64,000 nt of DNA from an uncultured Chloroflexia bacterium. Lineage in GTDB: Bacteria > Chloroflexota > Dehalococcoidia > DSTF01 > WHTK01. The notes beneath the pieces were generated by a model. That model was not told where the DNA came from. It made no database searches and worked only from the letters and a program-made list of their open reading frames with translations. The translations under genes were made by a program, and so were the position numbers. Below are positions 27,225 to 37,188 of the stretch, one piece after another. Within the stretch, counting starts at the first letter, position 1. Every line of letters begins with the position of its first letter. The stretch covers positions 1,025,942-1,089,941 of the forward strand of contig CAVQCN010000001.1 in the NCBI GenBank assembly GCA_963711035.1, in the 5' to 3' direction.

Positions 27225-30200
27225 TTACGCGACGCCTGCTGCGGCCGAGGTCAGGTCGCGCAGCTGATTGCGCAGGCCGCCGTCCAGCGCGGCACTGGGC
27301 AACTGCAGCTCGAAGTTCTCGCCACCGCGCGTACGGATGGTAAGGAAGATGGCGTCCGCGCCGGGGTGCGACTGCAGGAGTCGGAAGAGCTCGGCCAGGC
27401 GTGCCTGGTCGGCGGCTTCGTCCGGCGTCTCGTCGAGGGTGAGCCGCAGCGGAGCCGGCGTGGCGGTCTCCTGCGGCAGGTCGGCGGAGTAGACGCCACG
27501 TTCCTCGGCCACGGCGAGCGTGGTTGTGGGCGGCGGAGCGGGTTCGGCCGCGCCCGGGCGTTCCTCCAGGACGGAGGCAGGCTCAGGGCTGGCTTGCGGC
27601 TCGTCTTCGGTGGGTTCGAGCGCGGCTGGCGGCGGCGCTGGGGCGGTCTTGTGACCGTTACCATTGCCGTTGGCGTATGGGCGAGGCGGCACGTCGAGCG
27701 AGACGTTCGCCAGCCAGGACGGCGGCGTGAAGTCGGGCGTGAAGAGCTCGACTTCCTGCACGCCGGCGGAGAGACGCTCGCCGCGCTCTCGCACGCGCAC
27801 CTGCATCAAGACGATGCTGCCGGTGTTCCATATCTCCATCGTGCGCTCGTAGATGTCGGGCCAGACCGTGACCTCCAGCGTGCCGGAAAGGTCCGTGACC
27901 TCGGCGGCAATGAAGCTGCGTCCGTCGCGCGTCGCCAGGCGTCGCGAAGAGCCAACGAGCCCGGCGATGATGAAGTCGCGGCCCTGCGCCGGCAGGTCGG
28001 CGAGCAGCTCGGGCGTCATCTCGTTGCACAGGGCCGTCGTGTATGGCGCGAGCTGCGAGGCGGCGTGTGTGAACGGGTGCTCCGACAGCCAAATGCCCAG
28101 CAGCTCTTTTTCCCATGCAAGCAGCTCGCTCTTGGGCAGGGGTGTCGATTCGAGGTCGATGCCGGAAAGCGGCGTCGCGACTTCGTCGCCGAAGAGGTCG
28201 AACATCGTCGTTTGGCCGGTCTCTTTGAGCTTCTGAGCGCCCTGCGAAATGCTGAGGATGCGGTCCAGGTTGGCGAGCATGGAGCCTCGCGCGTCGGAGC
28301 CGCCGACGACGGAGTCAAAGGCGCCGGCCTTGATCAGGCTTTCGAGAGCGCGCTTATTGACGTTGCGCGGGTTGATGGTGCGACAGAAGTCGTCGAGCGT
28401 CGCGAAGCCCGTCTCGCCGCGCGACTCGATCAGCGACTCGGCAGCGCCGGAGCCGACGTTCTTGATCATGGCCAGGCCGAAGCGAATGCCGGTTCGGCCG
28501 TCCTCCGTCGCCTCGAGCGAGAAGTTCGGCTGGCTGCGGTTGACGTCGGGTGGCAGCACGGGCACGCCGAGACGGACGCATTCGTTGTAAGCCTGTGCGA
28601 TGCGGTCCAGGGTGCCAGCCGGGTGGCTGTCGGCGCCCATGAGGACGGCGCAGAGGTACTCCTCGGCGTAGTTCGCTTTGAGGTAGGCCGTCTGGTAGGC
28701 GATGGTCCCGTAGGAGTAGGAGTGCGCCTTGTTGAACGCGTAGCCGGCGAAGGGCTCAATCAGGTCGAAGACCTTGCGCGCGTCCTCCTCCGAGTAGCCC
28801 TTCGCGATGGCGCCGTTCATGAAGCGATCGCGCTCGGCCTGCATCATGGCGGCGATCTTCTTGCCCATCGCCTTGCGCATGATGTCGGCCTGGCCCAGCG
28901 TGTAGCCGCCGAACTTCTGCGCGATCTTCAGCACCTGGTCCTGGAAGACGATGACGCCGTAGGTCTCGTCCAGGATGTCGGCCAGGTCGGGGTGCGGGTT
29001 GCTCACCTGCTCCAGGCCATGCTTGGCGCGGCAGAAGGTGCCGATGTGCTGCATCGGGCCCGGGCGGTACAGCGCGACGAGCGCGGCGAGGTCACCTATC
29101 GAAGTGGGCTTCAGCTCCTGCACGGCGCGGCGCATGCCCGCCGATTCGAGCTGGAAGACGCCGAACGTTTCGCCCTGGCCCAGCATTTCGAAGCTCTTGG
29201 TGTCGCCGTCCGGCAGGTGGGCTAAGTCGATGTTGACGCCGTGACGCTGGTTGATGAGCTCGACGGCGCGTTCAAGGATGGTCAGGTTCGAGAGGCCCAG
29301 GAAGTCCATCTTCACCAGGCCTATGGCCGCTACCTGCTCCATGGCGTACTGCGTCGTCGGCATCGCCTGGGCGTCGCCGCGCGCCGGGCGGGCCAGCGGC
29401 AGGTGCTCGACCAGCGGGTCGGTGCTGATCACGACGCCTGCCGCGTGGGTGCCGGCGTTGCGGGCCACGCCCTCCAGCTTGCGCGCCGAGTCGACCAGGT
29501 TGCGGATCTGCGTATCCGTCTCGTAGGCGGTGCGCAGCTCGGCCGATTCGTTGAGGGCCCGCTCGAGGGTCATGTGCAGCGCGTTGGGGATGAGGCGCGC
29601 GACGCGGTCGACGTCGGCGTAGCTCATGGCCAACGCGCGGCCGACGTCGCGTACTGCGGCCTTGGCGCCAAGCGTGCCGAAAGTGATGATCTGCGCCACG
29701 CGGTCGCTACCGTAGCGGTTTGCGGCGAAGCGCAGTACTTCCTCGCGCCGCTCGTCGGAGAAGTCGAAGTCGACGTCGGGCGCTTCGGGGCGTTCCAGGT
29801 TGAGGAAGCGCTCGAAGACCAGGTTCGCGGCCAGCGGATCGATGTCGGTGACGCCGAGGCAGTAGAGCACGAGGCTGGCGGCGGCGCTGCCGCGCACGCC
29901 CATGCGGATGCCCTGCGAGCGCGCGAAGGTCGCGATCTCGCGCACGATATGGATGTAGTTGGTGAAGCCGGTCTGCTGCACGACGTCGAGCTCGTAGCGC
30001 AGGCGGTCCTCGGCGTCCGGACCGGAGTTGGGCAGCAGGCGGTGCAGACCCTCCCAGCAGAGGCGTGTCAGATACTCGTGAGACGACTCGCCCGGCGGCA
30101 GCTCCGGCTCCGGCAGGTGCAGGCGGCCGAACTCGAGCGTGAGGTCGCACTGCTCGGCGATCTTCCAGGTGTTGTCGATCGCCTCCGGGAAGTCGCGGAA

Positions 30201-30947
30201 GCCATCGCGCATCTCGGCTTCGGAGCGGACGTAGTAGGACGGGTCGGAGAGGCGCATGCGCTTCTCTTCCTGCACCGTCGCATTCGTGCCGATGCAGAGC
30301 AGCACGTCGTGGATGTCGTGGTCGTCTTTGTTGAGGTAGTGCGAGTCGTTGGTCGCGACGAGGGGGATGCCCATCTCGCGCGACATGTCGATGATGACCT
30401 TCTTGGCCTGGTCGAACTCGGGCAGGTCATGGTCCTGGATCTCGAGATAGTAGCCGTCGAACACGTCGCGGTACCAGCTGGCCGTGGCCTTCGCCTCGTC
30501 GATGCGGCCGTCGAGGATGAGGCGGTGCAGCTCGCCCGACGGGCAGCCCGAGAGGGCGATGATGCCTTCGCTGTGCTGCGCCATGAGCTCGCGGTCGATG
30601 CGGGGGCGGTAGTAGTAGCCCTCGAGGTGGGAGCTGGTCACCAGTTTGAGCAGGTTGCGGTAGCCGGTGTTGTTCTTTGCCAGCAGGGTCAGGTGAAAGG
30701 GCTGCTTGTCACCGGTGTCGCGGGTCAGCCGCGACCCGGGCGCCACGTAGGCCTCGACGCCGATGATGGGTTTGATGTCCTGGGCGCGGGCGGCGCGATA
30801 GAAGTCGATGGCGCCGTAGAGGGCGCCGTGATCGGTCATGGCGACGGCTTCCTGGCCCAGCTCCTTGACGCGCTCCATGAGCGGGTGAATGCGGGTCAGG
30901 CCGTCGAGCAGCGAGTACTCAGTGTGAAGGTGTAGGTGCGTAAACAT
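27225..30947 (-). CDS. dnaE: DNA polymerase III subunit alpha
   Basis: 1240 aa MFTHLHLHTEYSLLDGLTRIHPLMERVKELGQEAVAMTDHGALYGAIDFY... PHP + polymerase core + OB domain; low-complexity Pro/Ala/Glu tail. Confidence 0.97.
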   Translation of the reverse strand: MFTHLHLHTEYSLLDGLTRIHPLMERVKELGQEAVAMTDHGALYGAIDFYRAARAQDIKPIIGVEAYVAPGSRLTRDTGDKQPFHLTLLAKNNTGYRNLLKLVTSSHLEGYYYRPRIDRELMAQHSEGIIALSGCPSGELHRLILDGRIDEAKATASWYRDVFDGYYLEIQDHDLPEFDQAKKVIIDMSREMGIPLVATNDSHYLNKDDHDIHDVLLCIGTNATVQEEKRMRLSDPSYYVRSEAEMRDGFRDFPEAIDNTWKIAEQCDLTLEFGRLHLPEPELPPGESSHEYLTRLCWEGLHRLLPNSGPDAEDRLRYELDVVQQTGFTNYIHIVREIATFARSQGIRMGVRGSAAASLVLYCLGVTDIDPLAANLVFERFLNLERPEAPDVDFDFSDERREEVLRFAANRYGSDRVAQIITFGTLGAKAAVRDVGRALAMSYADVDRVARLIPNALHMTLERALNESAELRTAYETDTQIRNLVDSARKLEGVARNAGTHAAGVVISTDPLVEHLPLARPARGDAQAMPTTQYAMEQVAAIGLVKMDFLGLSNLTILERAVELINQRHGVNIDLAHLPDGDTKSFEMLGQGETFGVFQLESAGMRRAVQELKPTSIGDLAALVALYRPGPMQHIGTFCRAKHGLEQVSNPHPDLADILDETYGVIVFQDQVLKIAQKFGGYTLGQADIMRKAMGKKIAAMMQAERDRFMNGAIAKGYSEEDARKVFDLIEPFAGYAFNKAHSYSYGTIAYQTAYLKANYAEEYLCAVLMGADSHPAGTLDRIAQAYNECVRLGVPVLPPDVNRSQPNFSLEATEDGRTGIRFGLAMIKNVGSGAAESLIESRGETGFATLDDFCRTINPRNVNKRALESLIKAGAFDSVVGGSDARGSMLANLDRILSISQGAQKLKETGQTTMFDLFGDEVATPLSGIDLESTPLPKSELLAWEKELLGIWLSEHPFTHAASQLAPYTTALCNEMTPELLADLPAQGRDFIIAGLVGSSRRLATRDGRSFIAAEVTDLSGTLEVTVWPDIYERTMEIWNTGSIVLMQVRVRERGERLSAGVQEVELFTPDFTPPSWLANVSLDVPPRPYANGNGNGHKTAPAPPPAALEPTEDEPQASPEPASVLEERPGAAEPAPPPTTTLAVAEERGVYSADLPQETATPAPLRLTLDETPDEAADQARLAELFRLLQSHPGADAIFLTIRTRGGENFELQLPSAALDGGLRNQLRDLTSAAAGVA

Positions 30948-31049
30948 ATTCGCGTTGTGACGGGTTCAGTATAGTCCAGACGGCCCTTGGCCGAGCGGGA
31001 AGTTATGTTATCGTTGCGTTGACTTTGCCGGTTCGCGGCAGTCTCCGTT

Positions 31050-31373
31050 ATGAGGTTCCACCTAAAGAGACCCACCCTCAAGTCGTCGGTTCCCTGGGTA
31101 GCGCAGCTGGCGCTGGCCGCGATCCTCTTTCAGGTTACCGCCATCGATCACGACCTCGGTCTCGCCGGTGACGAGATGAACCACGTGGCGCACTCGACGC
31201 ACTGCCACGGCGCCGCTGCTGGCTGCGCGGACCAGGGCGGCATGCTCTCGCTGGCCCTGCCCCAGCTGCCGCGACTATCTACTCCCGACCCTACGCCCTT
31301 CGAGACGCACGTCGATTACGTAACTCCGGCGGAGCCCTTCCTGGGCGTTCCCTTCGAGCCTCCCCAGCTCTAG
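31050..31373 (+). CDS. Hypothetical secreted protein with His/Cys cluster (possible metal-binding), upstream of the copper cluster
   Basis: 107 aa, signal-like WVAQLALAAILFQVTA, HVAHSTHCHGAAAGC motif; no obvious RBS. Confidence 0.35.
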   Translation: MRFHLKRPTLKSSVPWVAQLALAAILFQVTAIDHDLGLAGDEMNHVAHSTHCHGAAAGCADQGGMLSLALPQLPRLSTPDPTPFETHVDYVTPAEPFLGVPFEPPQL

Positions 31374-31542
31374 ATTTCGCGGCTCCGCCGCGACGTTTAT
31401 CCATCGTTGTCCAGGCTGGTTGCGGGCGCTTTGCCTGCGGTTTCATTGCTGCTGCTCAGCGGCGGCAGAACGTTGGCCGCGCACGTGCTAGCTTGGTGTG
31501 AGCATCGGTCTCGCTTCGCGGGATCGAGGAGGATATTCCCCC

Positions 31543-32565
31543 ATGCGAAAGCTCTTTGCAGCTGTCGTCGTGTTGGGGGCGGCTCTGGTCGCCCTCGGTC
31601 CGGCGCAGCTCAGCCTGGCGCACTCGCGCCCGGTTCGTTTCGATCCGTCACCCGGCGCCGTGCTCGACGCGGCGCCCTCAACCATTACCGGCTGGTTCAC
31701 CAGCGACATTCGCAGCGACGAGAACTCGTTCATCCAGGTCCTCGACGGCTCCGGCCAACGCGTCGACCAGGGTGACACGCAGCTCAGCACTGACCGGCGC
31801 GAGATGTCGGTCGCGCTGCAGTCAGGCCTCGGTGATGGCGCCTATCTGGTGCACTGGAGCACCCACGACGACGCCGACGGCGAGGTCTTCTCCGGCTGCC
31901 ACTACATCTTTGTGGGGCAGGCGGCGGCAGACGCGGCTGCGTCGAATAGTGTCGCCCTGGACGGCGGCGCCGATTGCCCCGGCACTGTGACTGAGGACAA
32001 TGGCGGCGCTGCTATCGACATCAGCGTCAAGACCAGCGGCACCAGCGCGACCGTGACGATCAACCCAACCGACTTCACGGCGAGGGCGCCCGATGGCACC
32101 TCGGTGGACCCAAACTTCGGCCACTACCACATCTACCTGGACAAGCTACCGCTGGACCAGCTCGAAGGCGGCGACCACCACGACGACTCGGCGATGGCGG
32201 GTATGAGCGATTCGAGTACGCCGGTGGCGGATATGAGCAACTCGGCGGCAACGCCGATGGCCCAGATGGAGGCGCCGAGCGCCGACGCCGCCAACCTGGT
32301 GGAGAACCCGATCATGGCGTTCAGCAACAGCTACACGTTTACCAACCTGCAGCCCGGCGTTCACACGATCGCCGTTGCTTTGAACCACGACAACCACACG
32401 CCGTTTAACCCGCCCGTGATCGCCACGCAGAGCTTCTCCATCAAGGGCTCGACGAGCAGCAGCGGTAGCAATGGCGTGCCCTTGTGGACCTTGTTCGTGA
32501 CCGGTGGTCTGGCCGTCGTGGGCTTGGTCGTCGGCGCGTACGGCTTGACGAAAAAGTCCGCGTAA
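31543..32565 (+). CDS. CopC-domain copper-binding protein with second His/Met-rich domain and C-terminal TM anchor
   Basis: ATG 31543 (GGAGG upstream); signal peptide; CopC fold (AHSRPVRFDPSPGAVL...GAYLVHWSTHDDADGEVFSG); HYHIYLD and MAGMSDS...MSNS...MAQM segment; terminal WTLFVTGGLAVVGLVVGAYGLTKKSA. Confidence 0.8.
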   Translation: MRKLFAAVVVLGAALVALGPAQLSLAHSRPVRFDPSPGAVLDAAPSTITGWFTSDIRSDENSFIQVLDGSGQRVDQGDTQLSTDRREMSVALQSGLGDGAYLVHWSTHDDADGEVFSGCHYIFVGQAAADAAASNSVALDGGADCPGTVTEDNGGAAIDISVKTSGTSATVTINPTDFTARAPDGTSVDPNFGHYHIYLDKLPLDQLEGGDHHDDSAMAGMSDSSTPVADMSNSAATPMAQMEAPSADAANLVENPIMAFSNSYTFTNLQPGVHTIAVALNHDNHTPFNPPVIATQSFSIKGSTSSSGSNGVPLWTLFVTGGLAVVGLVVGAYGLTKKSA

Positions 32566-32580
32566 TCGTGGAGGACTGAC

Positions 32581-34936
32581 GTGAGGATGAGTGGTCGATT
32601 AGCGGCTCTGCTGTTGCTGATAGCGCTGGCGATCGGTGTTTCGATTGGCGGCGGCGATCGCGTGGCGGAGGCGCATGCCCTTCTGGTGCGTGCCGATCCT
32701 CCCGTGAACTCGCAGCTGCGCACGCCGCCGACCGAGCTCACCCTGTACTTCAGCGAGCCCCTGGAGCAGAAGTACAGCACCGTTCGGGTGGTGGACCAGA
32801 ACAACGCGCGCGTCGACGACCACGTGGAGTTCGACGACACCAACAACGCGGTGATGCACGTCTTTCTCAAGGACGTGCAGCCTGGCTACATCACGGTAGA
32901 CTGGGCGACTGTCTCGCTGGTAGACGGTCACCGAGTTACTGGCAGCTACCCACTCACCATCCTCAATCCTGACGGCAGCGTGCCGGCCGGCAAACCACCG
33001 TCGGCCGGCAGCTCCGTCAGTGGCACCAACGCTGACGTGATCCGCGTCATCGCGAAGTGGTTCATCCTGGCCGGCGCTGCCTTCCTCACCGGCGCGATGG
33101 CCTTTGTCGTCTTCATCTCGCCGATCTTCCAGGGCCCGGCTGCCGAGCGTTCCCGGCGGGCGCTGGACCGCGTCGCGCTGATAATCGCCGGTGTGTCGCT
33201 GGTGGTGATGCTGCTGGCGGGGCTCCTCGAGCTACAAAGGCAGGCGCACATCATCGGCGTCAGTATCAGCTCCGTGCTCGATACTCGTTGGGGGCGGCGC
33301 TGGCTGGCACGGCTGGTCGTCACTGGCGTCATCGTCGTGCTGACAGCCAGCCTCGTCGTTACGAAGCCCGGCTCAGCGCGCCGTCTTGTCGGCGGGCTGG
33401 GGTTCATCGGCTGCCTGGGCTTCCTGGGGCTCGTCTCGAGCGTCAGCCACAGCGCGGCAGGCGATGGCGCCTTCTGGGCGGCCGGCGCCGACTTCATTCA
33501 TCTGCTGACGGCGTCGCTGTGGATCGGACTGCTCGCCCTCATGGCCGTCATGTTCATCTACGGCCGGCGTCTGGCGGACGGTGAGCGCTACCAGGTGCTC
33601 GCGGCCGGCCTGCAGCGCTTCTCCGCGATCGCCGTGATCAGCCTGGCGCTGTTGCTGTTCACCGGCACTTTCAACGCCGTGATCGAGGTGGGACAGCTCT
33701 CCGACCTGCTGCACTCCGGCTACGGCTTCACGCTGCTGCTCAAGCTGCTGCTGATCATCCCGTTGCTGGCCGTCGGCATCGTGAACGCGTACATCCTGCG
33801 GCCCGAACTCGTCACGGAGCTGGCGGTGCCGGGCAACCCGCAGGGCCATCGAGAGACGCTGCGCCATCTGGAGGCACGGCTGCGCAACTTGATCCGGGTC
33901 GAGCTGGCGCTGGCGCTGGGTGTGCTGGCGATCGTCGCCGTGCTCGTGCAGCTGACGCCGACCCGAGGACGGCTCGATGTGGGCGGTCAGGCGGGCAAGT
34001 ACATTCAATCGATGGATCAGGATGGCATCTCCGCCACGCTGGTGGTCGACCCGAACCAGCCCGGCATCAATACGTTCGAGGTCGATATCACGGGCGCCGT
34101 CGATACGGTGCAGCAGGTGCGGCTCGACTTCACCCAGCCCGGCACCAACGAGGCGCGCCTCGTCCTCGAGGCTTCCAACTCCAACCCGGCGTATTTCTAC
34201 CTGGGCAAGGGCCCGTACCTGGGTCAGCCTGGCGACTGGCAGATCGGCGTCGACATCCGGCGCAGCGTTGGCAACGACCTGCTCCTGCCGTTCAAAGTAA
34301 CCGTGCCGGCCAGTCCGTCGGCGTCGGCAACCAGCCCGGAGAATGCCTTCGCCTTCCCTGTGTCGCTGACCGTTGGCTCGGCCGCGTTGCTGGCCCTTGC
34401 CGGCGTCCTGGCGCTGGGCTTCGTCTACGCAGGCGTGGCGCGTCCGGGCCGGCCGGGTGGCTACGCCGGCCCGATCGCGATCGGGCTGGCGGGTCATATG
34501 CCTCGCTGGCGTCCCGCGTATTCCCTCGGTGGGCTGATCATCATCGGCGTTGGCCTTGGATCTGCTATTCGGGGCTCATTCGCATTCGGCGTTGTCGAAC
34601 AAGCAGGCGACGGCGGGCAATCCCGTCCCGTCGACGGCTGCGTCGATCCAGCGCGGCGAGACGTTGTTCATGAACAACTGCACGCAGTGTCACGGCCAGG
34701 ACGGTCGCGGCGACGGGCCCCTCGCCAACTCGCTGCCTATCAAGCCCGCCAACCTGTACGACCACGTTCCGTACCACGCGGACCAGTTCTTCTTCAGCCT
34801 CATGACCAACGGCATCGCCGGCTATATGCCGGGGTTCAAGGACACGATCAGCGAGCAGGACCGCTGGAACATCCTCAACTTCCTGCGCAGCAAGTTCGGC
34901 CAGCAGCCGGCCACGTCGCTGGCCGGCTCACCGTGA
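32581..34936 (+). CDS. CopC-CopD fusion (copper resistance/transport) continuing into a class I cytochrome c domain; reading frame broken at a GGGG run near 34571-34574
   Basis: N-terminal CopC (AHALLVRADPPVNSQL...), ~8-TM CopD region; track frame decays into Arg-rich junk after ...IIIGVGLGSAI; adjacent ORF 34550..34936 has CTQCHG (CxxCH) cytochrome c domain but no signal peptide. Confidence 0.75.
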
Positions 34937-34973
34937 TGGCGGGGCGCTCGGGGCCGCGTGCTACGATGCACTC

Positions 34974-35258
34974 GTGAATGACCTGTACGAGCGCGTCGAC
35001 CAGGCGCTGGACGAGATCCGGCCTTACATCCACTCCCATGCCGGCGATGTGAACATCGTCGACGTGACCGACGACGGCGTCGTCAAACTGCAGATGGTGG
35101 GCACCTGCCATGGCTGCCCCATGAGCATGCTGACCCTGCGCCTCGGCATCGAGCGCATCCTCATGGAGAAGGTCGAGGGCGTCAAAGAGGTCGTCTCGCT
35201 ACGCCCAGACGACTTCGATTTGGAAGCGCCGGACGAGGCTGACGCCGCCGGCAGCTGA
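34974..35258 (+). CDS. NifU-like (Nfu) Fe-S cluster scaffold domain protein
   Basis: 94 aa ...IRPYIHSHAGDVNIVDVTDDGVVKLQMVGTCHGCPMSMLTLRLGIERIL. Confidence 0.8.
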   Translation: MNDLYERVDQALDEIRPYIHSHAGDVNIVDVTDDGVVKLQMVGTCHGCPMSMLTLRLGIERILMEKVEGVKEVVSLRPDDFDLEAPDEADAAGS

Positions 35259-35385
35259 GTTACTGACCACCGACGAATCTCCTACACCGCGCCGTTGTTG
35301 CCCTGAGCCGTCGCTCTGTGTCTAATGCGCCCATGCCTGCCTGTGCGGGCCCTGCGAGAGAGAACAAGGAAGGGCGTGGCAACTC

Positions 35386-36252
35386 GTGGAATCCAACCTG
35401 CCGCTCGGTATCAGCCAGGGACTCGACCTGACGAAGCTCGATTCGATTACGCCGGAGGAGCTCAACAACAACCTGTTCGCCGGCTGGCGCTGGCGTGGCT
35501 CGCTTTACAACGTCTACGCCCAGAGCCTGATGCTCGATTTCAACCCTGAGTTCGCGAAACTGCATCGCTGGAACGCGGACCTCTTCGCCCAGCCCAACGC
35601 GACCAACGTCGTGCTCTTCAGCATGCAGAACCTGCACAGCTACATGATGAGTGGCTGGGAGGTTGGTATCCTCAACGAGTTCCATGCCTTGCGCCGTAAC
35701 GGCATGACGCTGAACCAGCTGATGGAGATCGTCCTGTTCGGGCAGCTTCACGCCGGCATGCGCGGTCTCGGCCACGTCTATCGCGCCGTCGGCGACCTCA
35801 TCCCCGTCTGGAAGGACCCGGATCAGCCCGTCCCCTGGCCCGACGGCTGGGCTCCCGACCCGGACGCCTTCAAGTCCGGCCTCGACATGTCCCAGCGCCG
35901 CATGACCGATGCGGATCGCAAGAACCTGACTGACTGGTACGAGAGGACGATCGGTGAGGTGCCCAACTCGGTTGCCTTCGCGATGAAACGCTACCCGGAG
36001 TTCCTCAAGATCACGCGTGCCAAGTGGGAGGTAGCGATCCGGACGCTGCCGAAGCAGGTCGTCCCCTACATTCTCCTGCGGCACAACACGATTACGAACA
36101 ACGAGGAAGGTCTGCGGGAAGCGACGCTCCTGGCGAAGGCCTGGGGCGTTTCTTCCACCCTGATCGTGCAGGCCATCAGCGTCTCGGCCGCCTACTTCAC
36201 CGGCCTCGAAGGGTTGTACGCGGCGCACAACGTGGTCGACGAGCTGCTCTAG
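35386..36252 (+). CDS. Hypothetical protein (288 aa), function unknown
   Basis: Balanced, non-repetitive composition; GTG start; co-directional and tightly spaced with the following NTF2-like gene; I recognise no family. Confidence 0.6.
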   Translation: MESNLPLGISQGLDLTKLDSITPEELNNNLFAGWRWRGSLYNVYAQSLMLDFNPEFAKLHRWNADLFAQPNATNVVLFSMQNLHSYMMSGWEVGILNEFHALRRNGMTLNQLMEIVLFGQLHAGMRGLGHVYRAVGDLIPVWKDPDQPVPWPDGWAPDPDAFKSGLDMSQRRMTDADRKNLTDWYERTIGEVPNSVAFAMKRYPEFLKITRAKWEVAIRTLPKQVVPYILLRHNTITNNEEGLREATLLAKAWGVSSTLIVQAISVSAAYFTGLEGLYAAHNVVDELL

Positions 36253-36261
36253 GAGGATGTC

Positions 36262-37183
36262 GTGGCGAACACACTGAGTGCTGAAGATCGCATCCGGGTG
36301 ATGGAGCTCATCGCCGACTACGCCATCAATCTGGATGGCGGCTACCTCGATCGGTACGTGGGCAGCTTCACGCCGGACGCCGCACTGACGAATCGCACCG
36401 GGAGCTACGAGGGAGAGGCGACGATCCGCGACTACGTCGGACACCTGATCGAGATCGGCCAGGCGGGTCCGGCGTCGGGCATCCGCCATTTCATCGGCCT
36501 GCCGCTGCTTCAGGGCGACGGCGATTCCTGTCACGCCAGCGCCTACCTCGCGATCCCCGGCTCGCTCGACGGCGGACCCATCGTCACCTACCTGGTGGGT
36601 GTCTACGAGCTGGACTTCGTCAAGTTGGGCGGCGATTGGCGGTTCAAGATTCGTCATTCGCGTATGGACCTGATCGGCCCCGACCGTCCCGTCGGTGAAC
36701 CGGTGACCGAGCGCAGCTTCCCCGCACCGCCGCGCCGTCAGGACTCGATGAGCGCCGAGGACAAGATCGAGGTGATCGACCTGCTGGCAGGCTACGCGTT
36801 CCTGCTGGATGGCGGCGACGCTGCCGGGTACGCGGACCAGTTCACGCCGGACGGCGTCTTCGATGGCGGTGGCGATCCGGTTCGCGGCCGCGCGGCCATC
36901 GAAGAGCTCGTCAGAGGCATCGTCGAACGCAACGCCAGTCGAGGCACGAAGATGCGCCACATGATGGGCATCCCGTCGATCCGCGGCGACTCGCAGAGCT
37001 GCGAAGCGGAGACCTATCTGCTTCTCCTCCGCCAGGCTGGTGACGGGCCGATCGAGATACGGACCATCGGCTTCTACCAGGACGAGATCGTCAAGCACGA
37101 AGGGCGCTGGCGTTTCCAGAAGCGCACGTTCCGGCCCCAGATTACGGGCGGGAGAGCAAGCGGAGGACGCGGCCGGTCGGGTA
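36262..37183 (+). CDS. Tandem NTF2-like/SnoaL-like domain protein; 3' end uncertain
   Basis: Two repeats of ...DRIRVMELIADYA...LDGGDW(R)FK(I)R... / ...DKIEVIDLLAGYAFLLDGGD...EGRWRFQKRTF; the track frame has no stop until 38211 and runs antisense through lysC; a +2-frame TAG lies at 37181-37183. Confidence 0.6.
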
Positions 37184-37188
37184 GTTCG

